Assembly: GCA_963745025.1 (NCBI GenBank)
Contig: CAVUWD010000007.1
Span: forward strand, 32,001-96,000
Direction of reading: 5' to 3'
DNA: 64,000 bases
Source: an uncultured delta proteobacterium
Lineage (GTDB): Bacteria; Desulfobacterota; Binatia; JACPRU01
The translations under genes and the position numbers were made by a program. Positions within the stretch are counted from its first letter, which is position 1, and each line of letters begins with the position of its first letter. The notes under the pieces are model-generated. The model was not told where the DNA came from. It saw only the letters and a list, made by a program, of their open reading frames with translations, and ran no database searches. Positions 18,609-28,254 of this stretch are shown here, in pieces.

Positions 18609-20059
18609 ACGTCGCACACGTTGCAGGCGTCGAGATATCGACCGCGCATTTCGTCGGCGGCAAGCGGCTCGCATCGAAGCGCACGTTCGCGGTCCACTCG
18701 CCGATCGACGGCAGCCATCTCGCCGACGTCGCCGCCGGCGGCGCAGAGGAGATCGACGCCGCGGTCGCGGCCGCGCGCGCGGCGTTTCCCGCGTGGGCGG
18801 CGCTCGGACCGGAAGGGCGCCATCCGATTCTCAAGCGCTTCGCGCAAACGATTCGCGACCGCCTGCCCGAGATCGCCGCCGTCGAGACCGCCGACAACGG
18901 CTCGCTCTTGATCGGCAACCTCGCGCGCGTCGTGCCGCGCGCCGCGCTGAACATCGAGTTCTTCGCCGACTGGGCGCTGAAGCTCGGCAAAGAGACGATC
19001 GACTCGCCCGAAGTCGTCAATCACGTGCGCTTCGATCCGTCGGGCGTCGCCGCGCTCATCACGCCGTGGAACGCGCCCTTCATGCTGACGACGTGGAAGG
19101 TCGGGCCGTGCCTGGCCGCCGGCAATACGGTCGTGGTCAAGCCGCCCGAGTGGGCGCCGCTCACCTGCTCGCTGATGGCGGACATCGCCGCCCAAGCGGG
19201 CGTGCCGCCCGGCGTGCTGAACGTCGTGCAGGGCATCGGCGAGGAGGCGGGGGCGGCGCTGGTCGCGCATCCCGACATCGATCGGCTGAGCTTCACCGGC
19301 TCGACCGACACGGCGAAGCTGATCGGCCAGGCGACCGCGCGCTCGCTCACCCCGGTCAGCTTCGAGCTCGGCGGCAAGTCCGCCTACATCGTCTGCGCCG
19401 ACGCGGATCTCGACGCCGCGGCGCAGACGGCGGCCGCACAGTACCTGAACGCGGGCCAGGTGTGCCTGGCCGGCACGCGGGTCCTGGTCGACGCCAGCGT
19501 CGCCGGCGAGTTCCAGGCCAAGCTCCGCGCCGCCGCCGCCCACATGACGGTCGGCGACCCGCGCGAGAAGACGACGCGCGTCGGCCCGCTGATCACCCGC
19601 GAGCACTTCGAGCGCGTGGAGGGATTCGTCGAGCGCGCGTTGGCGGCGGGGGTGAAGCCGCTCTGGGGCGGCCATCGCCACAAAGCCGGCGAGCTCTACT
19701 TCGAGCCGACGCTGCTCGAGGGCGCCCGCCAGGAAATGGAGATCGTTCAGCGCGAGGTGTTCGGCCCGGTGCTGACGTGGCAGACGTTCCGGGATGAAGA
19801 GGAGCTCGTGCGCCTCGCCAACGGGACGCGCTACGGGCTCGCCGCGATGATCTTCAGCAAGAACGAGGAGCGCGCCATGCGCATCGCCGGCCGCGTCGTG
19901 GCGGGAACGGTGTGGGTGAACTGCTTCTTCGTGCGCGAACTCGCGGCGCCGTTCGGCGGCAGCCGCGATTCGGGGATCGGGCGCGAGGGCGGCACGTGGA
20001 GCTTCGACTTCTTCTGCGACGTGAAGAACATCGCCGCGCGGAAGGGATCATTCGCCTAG
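18605..20059 (+). CDS. Aldehyde dehydrogenase, hydroxymuconic-semialdehyde/HpaE-like
   Basis: ITPWNAP, FTGS, ELGGKS, NAGQVC, EVFGPV and PFGGSRDSGIGREGG motifs; ATGA overlap with the upstream gene. Confidence 0.9.
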   Translation: MNVAHVAGVEISTAHFVGGKRLASKRTFAVHSPIDGSHLADVAAGGAEEIDAAVAAARAAFPAWAALGPEGRHPILKRFAQTIRDRLPEIAAVETADNGSLLIGNLARVVPRAALNIEFFADWALKLGKETIDSPEVVNHVRFDPSGVAALITPWNAPFMLTTWKVGPCLAAGNTVVVKPPEWAPLTCSLMADIAAQAGVPPGVLNVVQGIGEEAGAALVAHPDIDRLSFTGSTDTAKLIGQATARSLTPVSFELGGKSAYIVCADADLDAAAQTAAAQYLNAGQVCLAGTRVLVDASVAGEFQAKLRAAAAHMTVGDPREKTTRVGPLITREHFERVEGFVERALAAGVKPLWGGHRHKAGELYFEPTLLEGARQEMEIVQREVFGPVLTWQTFRDEEELVRLANGTRYGLAAMIFSKNEERAMRIAGRVVAGTVWVNCFFVRELAAPFGGSRDSGIGREGGTWSFDFFCDVKNIAARKGSFA

Positions 20060-20076
20060 GAGAAGGGAGAACGACG

Positions 20077-20928
20077 ATGAGCGTGCTCGACGGACCGCGA
20101 GAGGAATGGCGCCGCATCCTGCACGAGGGGCAGCCGAAGTGGGTGCGGCCGGCCGAAGAGAAACTTCTGCTCGCCGACGGCAGAGTCATCGCGGAAGCCG
20201 ACGCCGTCTACCTGCCGCCCTGCGATCCCGCCAAGATCCTCTGCATCCATCTGAACTATGAATCGCGGCGCGCGGAGTTCCGGGCGCCGCAGCTCGAGAC
20301 GCCCACCTATTTCCAAAAGCCGACGACCGCGCTGAACAGCCACCGCGGCACGCTGCTCCGCCCCGCCGGTGACAGGTATCTCAACTACGAGGGCGAGATC
20401 GCGGTGATCATCGGCAAGCCGATGCGCAACGTCGGCCGCGAGGAGGCGTGGAACTATATCGCCGGCTTCGCGCCGGCCAACGACGTCGGCTGCCAGGATT
20501 ACCGCGAGACCGACGCGGGCTCGATGCTGCGCGTCAAGGGGCAGGACGGGTTCTGTCCGATCGGCCCGGGGATCGTCCGCGGCGTCGACGTGCGAAAATC
20601 GACCGTCCGAACGTACATCAACGGCAACGTCGTGCAGGATGGGGCGGTCGCCGAGATGCTCTTCCCGATCGACTACATCCTCGCCGACCTCTGCCGCTTC
20701 ATCACGCTGCTGCCGGGCGACGTCATCCTTTCCGGAACGCCGAAGAACTCGCGCCCCATGAACGTCGGCGATCTCGTCGAAGTCGAGGTCACCGCGCTCG
20801 GGCGATTGTCGAATCGGGTGGCCGAGGCCCCACCCCCCGCGCATCGAATCGGCCACCAGCCGACGGATTCGGACGCGGTTCGCCGCGTCGCGCTCGGGTC
20901 GGACTTCTTCAAGAAAGACGCGCGATGA
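20077..20928 (+). CDS. Fumarylacetoacetate hydrolase family (HpaG-like)
   Basis: YFQKP, NYEGE, ANDV, KGQDGFCPIGP and LLPGDVILSGTP motifs. Confidence 0.9.
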   Translation: MSVLDGPREEWRRILHEGQPKWVRPAEEKLLLADGRVIAEADAVYLPPCDPAKILCIHLNYESRRAEFRAPQLETPTYFQKPTTALNSHRGTLLRPAGDRYLNYEGEIAVIIGKPMRNVGREEAWNYIAGFAPANDVGCQDYRETDAGSMLRVKGQDGFCPIGPGIVRGVDVRKSTVRTYINGNVVQDGAVAEMLFPIDYILADLCRFITLLPGDVILSGTPKNSRPMNVGDLVEVEVTALGRLSNRVAEAPPPAHRIGHQPTDSDAVRRVALGSDFFKKDAR

Positions 20929-22466
20929 ACGGCGCCGAGAGCCTCATTCGAACCGCGCTCGCCGCCGGCATGGAGGTCTGCTTCGCCAATCCCGGCACGA
21001 CGGAGATGCCGCTGGTGGTGGCGTTCGACGCCGTAACCGGCATGCGGTCGGTGCTGGGCCTCTTCGAAGGCGTCTGTACGGGTGCCGCCGATGGCTACGC
21101 GCGCATGACCGGAAAGCCGGCGATGACGCTGCTCCACCTCGGCCCCGGGCTCGCCAACGGCCTGGCGAACCTGCACAACGCACGGCGTGCGCGCTCGCCG
21201 GTCGTGAACGTCGTCGGCGATCACGCGACGTGGCACGTCGCCGCGGACGCGCCGCTGACGAGCGACATCGCTTCGCTGGCATCGCCCGTGTCGGGGTGGT
21301 TGCGCTCGGCGAAGTCCGCGGCGGCGCTCGGCGACGACATGGCCGAGGCGGTCGCCGCGTCGCTCACGCCGCCGGGACAGGTCGCGACGTTGATCGTCCC
21401 GGCCGACTGCCAGTGGAACGACGCCGTCGCGGTCGGCAAACCGATCCGCGTCGCCAAACGAGCGCCGGTCTCGGGCGGCACGGTCGACGGCGTCGCCGAG
21501 CGCCTGCGCTCCGCAAGGCGGGCGACGATCTTCCTCGGCGGCGAAGCGCTCGGCGAGCGCGGCCTGAACGCCGCCGCGCGTATCGCCGCGGCCTCCGGCC
21601 CGCGGCTGATGACGGAGACTTTCGTGGCGCGGATGGAGCGCGGCGTGGGAGTCCCGCCGGCGACCCGCCTGCCCTACTTCCCCGACCAAGCCATCGATGC
21701 GCTCGCGGGGACCGACATCGTCATCCTCGCGGGAGCGAAGGACCCCGTCTCCTTCTTCGGCTATCCCGGGGTGCCGAGCCGGCTCGCGCCGCCAGGCGCG
21801 GACGTCGAGGTGCTCGCGCGGGTCGAAGAAGACGCGAGCGGTGCGCTCGAGGCGCTCGCCGAGGCGCTCGGCGCGCCGAAGTCGGTCGCCGCTCCGCCGA
21901 CCGAGCGTCCATCGGCACCGAGCGGCGCGCTCACGCTCGCGAGCCTCGGCGCGGCGCTCGCGGCGCTCCAGCCCGAGAACGCGATCCTCGTCGACGAGAG
22001 CGCGACCTCGGGCGGCCCCTACGGAGCGCTCGCTTCGGCGGCCAAGCGGCACACGTGTCTGATGCTCACCGGAGGAGCGATCGGCCAGGGGCTTCCGACC
22101 GCCGTGGGCGCAGCGATCGCCTGCCCGGACCGCCGGGTGATCGCCTTTCAAGCGGACGGCAGCGCGATGTACACGCTTCAATCGCTTTGGACGATGGCGC
22201 GCGAGAGCCTGAACGTCACGACGATCCTCTGCTCCAACCGCGCCTATCGAATTCTTCAGATCGAGGCCGCGCGCGCCGGCAACGTCGAGCCGGGGCCGCA
22301 CCTGCGCGGTTTAACCGGGCTCGAGCCGCCCGCTCTCGACTGGAGCGCCTTGGCGCGCGGCTTCGGCGTCGCGGCGGCGAAGGTCGGCACCGCGGACGAT
22401 CTCGTCAAGCATCTCGACCGCATGCTCCGCGAAAGCGGCCCGGGCCTCATCGAAGCGATTCTCTGA
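20925..22466 (+). CDS. ThDP-dependent enzyme (acetolactate synthase large subunit-like/2-oxoacid decarboxylase)
   Basis: FANPGTTE, LFEGVCTGAADGYAR, and ADGSAMY...N ThDP motif; ATGA overlap. Confidence 0.88.
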   Translation: MNGAESLIRTALAAGMEVCFANPGTTEMPLVVAFDAVTGMRSVLGLFEGVCTGAADGYARMTGKPAMTLLHLGPGLANGLANLHNARRARSPVVNVVGDHATWHVAADAPLTSDIASLASPVSGWLRSAKSAAALGDDMAEAVAASLTPPGQVATLIVPADCQWNDAVAVGKPIRVAKRAPVSGGTVDGVAERLRSARRATIFLGGEALGERGLNAAARIAAASGPRLMTETFVARMERGVGVPPATRLPYFPDQAIDALAGTDIVILAGAKDPVSFFGYPGVPSRLAPPGADVEVLARVEEDASGALEALAEALGAPKSVAAPPTERPSAPSGALTLASLGAALAALQPENAILVDESATSGGPYGALASAAKRHTCLMLTGGAIGQGLPTAVGAAIACPDRRVIAFQADGSAMYTLQSLWTMARESLNVTTILCSNRAYRILQIEAARAGNVEPGPHLRGLTGLEPPALDWSALARGFGVAAAKVGTADDLVKHLDRMLRESGPGLIEAIL

Positions 22467-22494
22467 CGGCAGAACAGGAGATCGGAGGACGGCA

Positions 22495-23388
22495 ATGGCT
22501 CAGCTGACCGAGCTTGGCTACATGGGAATCGGCGTCAAGGACCTCGCCGCGTGGAAGGAGTTCGCGACCGAGGTCGTCGGATTGGAGCTCGTCGACGAGG
22601 GCGAGCGCGGTCGGTGCTACCTGCGGATGGATTATTGGCACCATCGCCTCGTCCTGCACGAGGACCGTAGCGACGACGTCCTCTATCTCGGCTGGCGCGT
22701 CGCGGGCGGCGAAGAGTTCGCCGAAATGCAACAGCAGCTGTCCGCCGCCGGCATCCGCTTCCGCGTCGGCTCGGAAGAAGAGGCCGCCGAGCGGCGGGTG
22801 CTCGAGATCCTCAAGCTCGAGGATCCCGACGGCCACCCGACCGAGATCTTCCACGGCCCGGAGGTGCAGTTTGCCAAGCCATTCCATCCGGGCCGCCGCA
22901 TGCACGGCCGCTTCAAGACCGGCGCCGGCGGGCTCGGCCACTGCATTCTTCGCCAGAAGGACATGCAGGCTGCGTACCGATTCTACCGCGCGCTCGGCAT
23001 GCGCGGCGGCGTCGAATACAAGGTCGCGATGGGACCGCGCGTGCTCACGCCGATGTTCATGCACTGCAACGAGCGGGACCACTCGGTCGCCTTCGGGATC
23101 GGCGGGCCGGAGCGCCGGATCAACCACCTCATGATCGAGGTCGACAACCTGGACGACGTCGGCCTGACACACGACTTGGTCCGAAGCCGCAACATCCCGG
23201 TGACGATCGCGCTCGGCAAACACTCGAACGATCACATGTATTCCTTCTACTTTCGAAATCCCTCCGGCTGGATCTGGGAATACGGATGGGGCGCGCGGCC
23301 GGCGACGCATCAGTCCGAATACTACGTCACCGACATCTACGGGCATGAGTTCGAAGCCGGAGGCTTCGACTTGAAGCCAGTGGGATAG
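22495..23388 (+). CDS. Type I (VOC) extradiol ring-cleavage dioxygenase, BphC/HsaC-like
   Basis: Fe ligands GLGHC, INHLMIE and WEYG; HCNERDHS and GKHSNDHMYSFY motifs. Confidence 0.92.
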   Translation: MAQLTELGYMGIGVKDLAAWKEFATEVVGLELVDEGERGRCYLRMDYWHHRLVLHEDRSDDVLYLGWRVAGGEEFAEMQQQLSAAGIRFRVGSEEEAAERRVLEILKLEDPDGHPTEIFHGPEVQFAKPFHPGRRMHGRFKTGAGGLGHCILRQKDMQAAYRFYRALGMRGGVEYKVAMGPRVLTPMFMHCNERDHSVAFGIGGPERRINHLMIEVDNLDDVGLTHDLVRSRNIPVTIALGKHSNDHMYSFYFRNPSGWIWEYGWGARPATHQSEYYVTDIYGHEFEAGGFDLKPVG

Positions 23389-23439
23389 CGTCAGAAGCGC
23401 TCTTCGCTGCTCTCCCGCTGCTGCGCCGGCCGTCGCGCT

Positions 23440-23613
23440 TCACCACCCCTGCTTCGATGCCGCTTCGGTGAAGAGCAGGACGTGCGTCGGATCGTCTTCC
23501 TTCTCGTGGTCGCGGTTGCGCATGATGAGCACCTTGAGACCTCCAAGCTGGCCGCTCAGGTAGGTCTCGCCCTTGGCCGACTTTCGCTCCCACAGGCCGG
23601 TTGCCCGTAGCAT
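23440..23613 (-). CDS. Small hypothetical protein (57 aa)
   Basis: MLRATGLWERKSAKGETYLSGQLGGLKVLIMRN...DPTH; resembles small DUF736-like mobile-element proteins. Confidence 0.55.
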   Translation of the reverse strand: MLRATGLWERKSAKGETYLSGQLGGLKVLIMRNRDHEKEDDPTHVLLFTEAASKQGW

Positions 23614-23790
23614 CCGGGCTTCGCTGACACCGCAGACCTTACCTCGGGGAGGACAGCCCATGCTTATCGATAGGATTCTCGGGTAAGCCGATCTCCCGAG
23701 ACAAACTAGGCTCCGTACGGATCGAGGCCTAACAGATCGCCGACCCCGCTACGTGTTATCGGTGGCCGCGACGCCGCCCTGCGTTCGAGG

Positions 23791-24516
23791 CTATCTGCCG
23801 GCCGGTGAAAAATGAGCTGAGAGATCGGCATCCATCCCCATCCCGCCGTCGACCCCATCCCGGCCCAGCGTGCGGATCGTCACGCCGTCTACAGTCCGTT
23901 CGTACCGATACGCTTTCCCCCACGGGTCGTAGAAGCGCGGGTCTCCGCTGTCGGCGAGACGGCGCCAGGTCGCGACATCCGGGAAGTCACCGTGCTCCTG
24001 GCGGTACTGCTCAGCCAGAACACCTAGCGCGTTCATCTCGGAATCGAGTCTGGTGCGCAGGCGAGGATCGAACTCCGCCGGTCTGGGTAACTGCGCGATG
24101 AGCCAGGTGGCCGCGAAAATCGTCAGGGCGACGGACATCCAGGCCAGGCGGCGCTTTTCGGCCGCGGTGTGAACCACGCTGCGGTGGATGAGATACGGAC
24201 CAACGATTGGAATCAGCGCCACGAGCGAGATCAGGGTCTTGCCGGCCGCGTGGATCTCGCCGCCGATCTCGGGGACCGGTCCTCGGGCAACAAGCTCCGC
24301 TAATGCAGCCTTAGCACGATCGTACGCGAGCGCCCCGGATTGCGCCGGGTCAATCGTGCTGACCGCCGCTCGCGTAGTCATGGTGTCGGGGATTCGCCCG
24401 GAGCAGGCGGAACATAGCATGCGAACATCGGGAGTTTTTAGATCGATCGTAGCACCGCAGCGGCGGCATGCGGGGCGGGACACCCGCTCCGCTTGCGACT
24501 TGAAGGGATCATCCAT
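23791..24516 (-). CDS. Zn-ribbon plus membrane segment plus GspG/T2SSG C-terminal domain protein
   Basis: CRRC...CSAC, two hydrophobic segments, then DPWGKAYRY...LGRDGVDGGMGMDADL. Confidence 0.72.
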   Translation of the reverse strand: MDDPFKSQAERVSRPACRRCGATIDLKTPDVRMLCSACSGRIPDTMTTRAAVSTIDPAQSGALAYDRAKAALAELVARGPVPEIGGEIHAAGKTLISLVALIPIVGPYLIHRSVVHTAAEKRRLAWMSVALTIFAATWLIAQLPRPAEFDPRLRTRLDSEMNALGVLAEQYRQEHGDFPDVATWRRLADSGDPRFYDPWGKAYRYERTVDGVTIRTLGRDGVDGGMGMDADLSAHFSPAGR

Positions 24517-24706
24517 CGGCGGACATCGTGCTACGAGGGCGGGGATTTCGCCTGCGGCTCGACGAAGGAACTCATCGGCGGCGCGAAAGGAAACCTAGTC
24601 ACGACAAAAAAATGTAGCAAGCGCGCCTCAAGAATACTATACTCAACCAAAAGTCTGCGAGATCAACTCCGATCTCGAGAAAGAACCGATCCATGACGCG
24701 GTTGAA

Positions 24707-24745
24707 CCGAAGCCCGATTGTCTTACTGACAACTCTCGGGTTCGG
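24707..24745 (-). terminator. Hairpin downstream of the minor-pilin operon
   Basis: ccgaagcccga-ttgtc/gacaa-ctc-tcgggttcgg bulged stem 15 nt past the stop at 24761; weak U tract. Confidence 0.4.
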
Positions 24746-24760
24746 CGTTGGCCTTTAAGT

Positions 24761-25222
24761 CTACGGCGTACTTACCCGACCTAACGAGTTGACCACGACT
24801 ATTTTCGACGCGGGCAGGGACGGTTGCGTGATGGTGAGCGTCTTAGACGAGCCGGACGTAAGAAAGCCTCGCCCATCAAAGGAGAAAGGTGCGTCCGAAC
24901 TGGCCACGGTGCAGTCGAAGTTGGAAAGGCTGGCTGATTGAACCACCGTTCCGCCTGCGCCTCCGCTACGAATCTGGACGAGGTTGCCGCCACTTAGCGT
25001 CACGGTGTGTTGTTGACCGCGATTGATTGCGAGCCAGCGACCGCGAAGAAGCGCGCTGCTCACGACCCGCTGACCGCTATCCAGCGAGTTCATCAAGCGA
25101 ATCTGTTGAATTGCAGGAAGACCGATCTGAACGAGGACCCCGAGGATCACGATCGTGACCATCAGTTCGATTAGACTAAATCCGGCGGCGGTTAGCCCGC
25201 CCGGGAATAGGGAGCGATTCAT
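24761..25222 (-). CDS. Type IV minor pilin, FimT/FimU/GspH-like
   Basis: Prepilin motif GFSLIELMVTIVILG; FDGRG and NSLGRV. Confidence 0.85.
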   Translation of the reverse strand: MNRSLFPGGLTAAGFSLIELMVTIVILGVLVQIGLPAIQQIRLMNSLDSGQRVVSSALLRGRWLAINRGQQHTVTLSGGNLVQIRSGGAGGTVVQSASLSNFDCTVASSDAPFSFDGRGFLTSGSSKTLTITQPSLPASKIVVVNSLGRVSTP

Positions 25223-25225
25223 CGA

Positions 25226-26719
25226 CTACCTGAGCTGCTGGAAAGATATCCTCTTGGGCGGCAGCAGTGGCAAGACGACTTCCCCCTGATCCACCGTGCT
25301 TACGTATCCCCAAGTGCCGTTACCGCCGCCGTTGAGGTTGACGTGAGGAATCCCCACGTAGGCAGAGTCAACGGTCCATGGTGTCACCGTATTGGCGACC
25401 AGTATGGAGCCGTTCAGGTTTCCGGCACCATTTCCGTTTTGAATCGCGGCGCCTACACCGACGGCATAGATCACGCCGGTATAGTTCCAATTTCCGTTGA
25501 GATTGAGCGTTCCCGTAACGGCAAGGATGCCCGCGCAAGAAGTCGACGACCCGCACTCCGAACTAGAGAGCGTAAAGTCGCCGTCTATGGATACGATCGT
25601 TGGATTCGTCGTGGTGCCGAGCGTGAATTCCGGGTCACTTGTGGATGTGAAATCGGCAAAAACCCTTATTTGCGCCATCAAGTTCTGCAGGTAGGCAACA
25701 TTCGTGAGGTTCGGACTCGTGCCCGGGAATGGAGAGGGGTCATTGCTGTAACCTGGTGAGGTGTTGTAGGGATTGGTCCCGGGGTTGTGAAGATCGTCGA
25801 TGAAGTTCTTGACGACTTGAGGTCCCCCAAGCGGGGAACCGCCCGCGGGATCACAGCTCCTGTAGTTGGAATCCGAGTAGCCGGCACCCAAGCGGCTCGA
25901 TGGAATCCCGGACCACCCATTGCTTCCGCAAATGGTGGAGGGGTCGCTGTTGCCGTGCATGACCGAATTCGCCGCAGTCGGCGAAGTGACACCAATCGCC
26001 ATGGCGCAATTACCAGTGCCCGTGTTGGTGGTGGTATATGGATTCGAGTTGTCGCCGTCGTAACAGACATCCGGTCCCGGCAAGACGAGCGTGGCCGGGA
26101 GAGGTGGTAGGTTCAGCAGCTGTGGACACAGCACGTCTGCCTGCACCGCGGCAAAACCGATGCTGTTCGGTCCCGATGCAAACGAGGTCAGGGTGAGGGC
26201 GTGGTCGGTGTCTGTAGTGCTCGTCGGTGTATCGCCAGTCGACAAGCCTAGAGTGGGGAACAGGACGGGGTTGCGACTCCCTAGGTTGTTGCTGACGAAC
26301 ACCTGATAGCTGCTCGGGGAAAGATTGGTTGTGCTGGCGACCAGGGTCGGCGACGTCGGCGACGTTGCGTTCGTGGTTCCATTCGTGCCGTTAAAAGTCG
26401 ACAGCGCACTGGGGTCGACCAGCGGACTATTCGCTGCCAGCAACGCATTGCGGCTTGCTTGGCTTTGACAATTGCCGTTCGCACGCATTTGTTCTCGAGC
26501 ATGCTCGATTCCCGCGTCGGCCGCTTCAAAAGCAAGTGTTTGAGCCTTGAACCCGGTCTCTGTGCGCGTCGAGCCGTCGCTCGAAACCAAAAGCCCGAAT
26601 CCGATCAACGTGAGAATCAGCAGCGTCACCAGCGAGATCACTAGGGCGATGCCGCTCTCTGCGCTCCGCTCCTGTCGTCTGAGTACGATCATGGCCGCCT
26701 CTGTTGCTCTTGTTCTCAC
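25226..26719 (-). CDS. PilX-like minor pilin with a long N/G/S/T-rich extension
   Basis: ESGIALVISL (no Glu5, typical of PilX/GspK) and AFEAADAGIE; start could be the ATG at 26692. Confidence 0.82.
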   Translation of the reverse strand: MRTRATEAAMIVLRRQERSAESGIALVISLVTLLILTLIGFGLLVSSDGSTRTETGFKAQTLAFEAADAGIEHAREQMRANGNCQSQASRNALLAANSPLVDPSALSTFNGTNGTTNATSPTSPTLVASTTNLSPSSYQVFVSNNLGSRNPVLFPTLGLSTGDTPTSTTDTDHALTLTSFASGPNSIGFAAVQADVLCPQLLNLPPLPATLVLPGPDVCYDGDNSNPYTTTNTGTGNCAMAIGVTSPTAANSVMHGNSDPSTICGSNGWSGIPSSRLGAGYSDSNYRSCDPAGGSPLGGPQVVKNFIDDLHNPGTNPYNTSPGYSNDPSPFPGTSPNLTNVAYLQNLMAQIRVFADFTSTSDPEFTLGTTTNPTIVSIDGDFTLSSSECGSSTSCAGILAVTGTLNLNGNWNYTGVIYAVGVGAAIQNGNGAGNLNGSILVANTVTPWTVDSAYVGIPHVNLNGGGNGTWGYVSTVDQGEVVLPLLPPKRISFQQLR

Positions 26720-27349
26720 TCAGGACCTGAAGTTCCTGAGGGTCGTTTCGCCAACGAGGCTCCTCGCTAGCGAGGTGGCGCTCTTCACCGTGGTGTCGCG
26801 AACGGTCAGCGTCACCTGCGCGTAGCGGGCGTTTTGTAAATTGCTCGTGATCACCGTTCGTGTTGCGTCGAGAAACGTGACCTGGAAACCGGCCGGGTCC
26901 GGGCTGGTCGAGGTCAGGTTGGCCATCAGTGGCGTCGTCGAGGGTGCCCCGCCGCTGGTGAACGTCCCGGACGCCGTCCCGAGATCGATCGTGCGGCGAA
27001 GCACACCGCTCGCGACGTCGTAGGTGACCTGATCCACGAAGCCATCCGAATTGACATCACCCTCGAACGTGACTGAGGCGGAGGTCGTGCCGGCCGCCAA
27101 CGTGACGGAGGTGAAAGCGAAGGTAGGGCCAGTCCGCAAGTATCCCGCCACGGACAAGTCGTCGAGCGCCACGTTCAGCGCTCCGGCTAGACCGGTCTGT
27201 AAGTTCGCCGTCTTGGTCCCGTATGAGAAGCTTTGCGTTCCCGCCGCAAAGATCGTGAAAAGGGCGGCCGAGACGATTGACAGGATGACCATCACCACTA
27301 GGAGTTCGATGAGCGAAACACCCGCGTGGCGTAACAGCGTCTTCTTCAC
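26720..27349 (-). CDS. PilW-like minor pilin
   Basis: AGVSLIELLVVMVILS and DDLSVAGY motifs. Confidence 0.82.
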   Translation of the reverse strand: MKKTLLRHAGVSLIELLVVMVILSIVSAALFTIFAAGTQSFSYGTKTANLQTGLAGALNVALDDLSVAGYLRTGPTFAFTSVTLAAGTTSASVTFEGDVNSDGFVDQVTYDVASGVLRRTIDLGTASGTFTSGGAPSTTPLMANLTSTSPDPAGFQVTFLDATRTVITSNLQNARYAQVTLTVRDTTVKSATSLARSLVGETTLRNFRS

Positions 27350-27352
27350 GGG

Positions 27353-27800
27353 TCAGTTATCCCTGGTCTTGAAGGTGGCGAGTACCAGACTCTGCGCGAT
27401 CCCGCTTTGATTCCAGGTGATTTGCACCTGAATTTTTTTCACGTTAGCGATGGGAGTATTGTCGTCGACCTTCAGCTGCCGGGTGAAGATGTTACCCGGA
27501 TTCGTCGTGACCCGGATGAGACCCGGACGGGTGCTACCACTCAGCGTGATGAAGCTACCGCTGGTCGTGTTCAAATTCGCGCTGGCGTAATTCGTCTGGC
27601 GGACCGTCTCGAGGATCTCGCGCGCCAACTGCGCACCGGCTTGACGTGTATCGGTGAGATTGTTTTTCTTCACCGCGGCCCGCTGCATCGTAATCGTAGC
27701 CAGCGAGCCGACGGTAATGAGCAGCACCGCGATGAGTAACTCGATGAGCGAGAACCCGCCTCGCGAGCGACGCGCGCATCGCTTGCCGTACGACTGAGTA
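27353..27800 (-). CDS. PilV-like minor pilin (start uncertain)
   Basis: GGFSLIELLIAVLLI, AREILE and KIQVQITW motifs; start coordinate is approximate. Confidence 0.78.
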
Positions 27801-27834
27801 CCCTGTCTTCTCAGAGCCACCCTCTGGTCCGTCC

Positions 27835-28137
27835 TCAGATCAACGCCCGCCCCGTAATTTTGAGCAGCGTCTCGGGGCCGCCCCATCCCGGCATCGGCAG
27901 GTCGAGCGTCATGACCGAGACGGGTTCGCGTTCCAGAATCCTGAACGCGGCCTCCCCTCGGTTGGCAGTCAACACACGGAAATGGGGCTCAAGGATCAGG
28001 CGAAGGGAGTCGCGAGCGCCGCGCTCGTCATCAACTACCAGGACCGAATGGACGCGTCTCAGCCGAGCGCCAAAAGTCGGCGTTTGCCTGAAGCCGGGGG
28101 AAGCGCTCGCCGATGATGCTTTTTGCAATTTGCTCAT
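27835..28137 (-). pseudogene. Truncated response-regulator receiver domain
   Basis: VLVVDDE...TLDLPMPGWGG present; the C-terminal T/K elements are missing. Confidence 0.7.
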
Positions 28138-28158
28138 GCAAGGTAAGAGCTTGCATGA

Positions 28159-28173
28159 GCACCAACCATGCCA
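28159..28173 (-). promoter_or_regulatory. Candidate sigma54 (-24/-12) promoter
   Basis: Minus strand reads TGGCATGGTTGGTGC (GG-N10-GC), 21 nt upstream of the ATG at 28137. Confidence 0.6.
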
Positions 28174-28234
28174 GTCGTGCTTGATCCGGATTTGCGACGA
28201 AATTTACGGATGCACGAGCCCATACGAGGGCGGC

Positions 28235-28254
28235 ATGTGCACTTTCGTACACAT
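28235..28254. promoter_or_regulatory. Imperfect palindrome, candidate enhancer-binding-protein site
   Basis: ATGTGCAC-TTTC-GTACACAT (1 mismatch), ~60 bp upstream of the sigma54 motif. Confidence 0.45.

Noticed and set aside
18074-22466. Apparent HpaB-ALDH fusion (661 aa) and extended ThDP ORF (672 aa)
   Set aside because: Caused by frameshifts and open alternative frames; separate starts with ATGA overlaps exist at 18605 and 20925.
20925-22466. Annotation as biosynthetic ilvB
   Set aside because: No small subunit or ilvC nearby, and it is embedded in a catabolic operon.
23726-23762. GCCTAAC...GTTATCG resembling an integron attC site
   Set aside because: The core sites are not complementary, the spacing is too short, and there is no integrase or second site.
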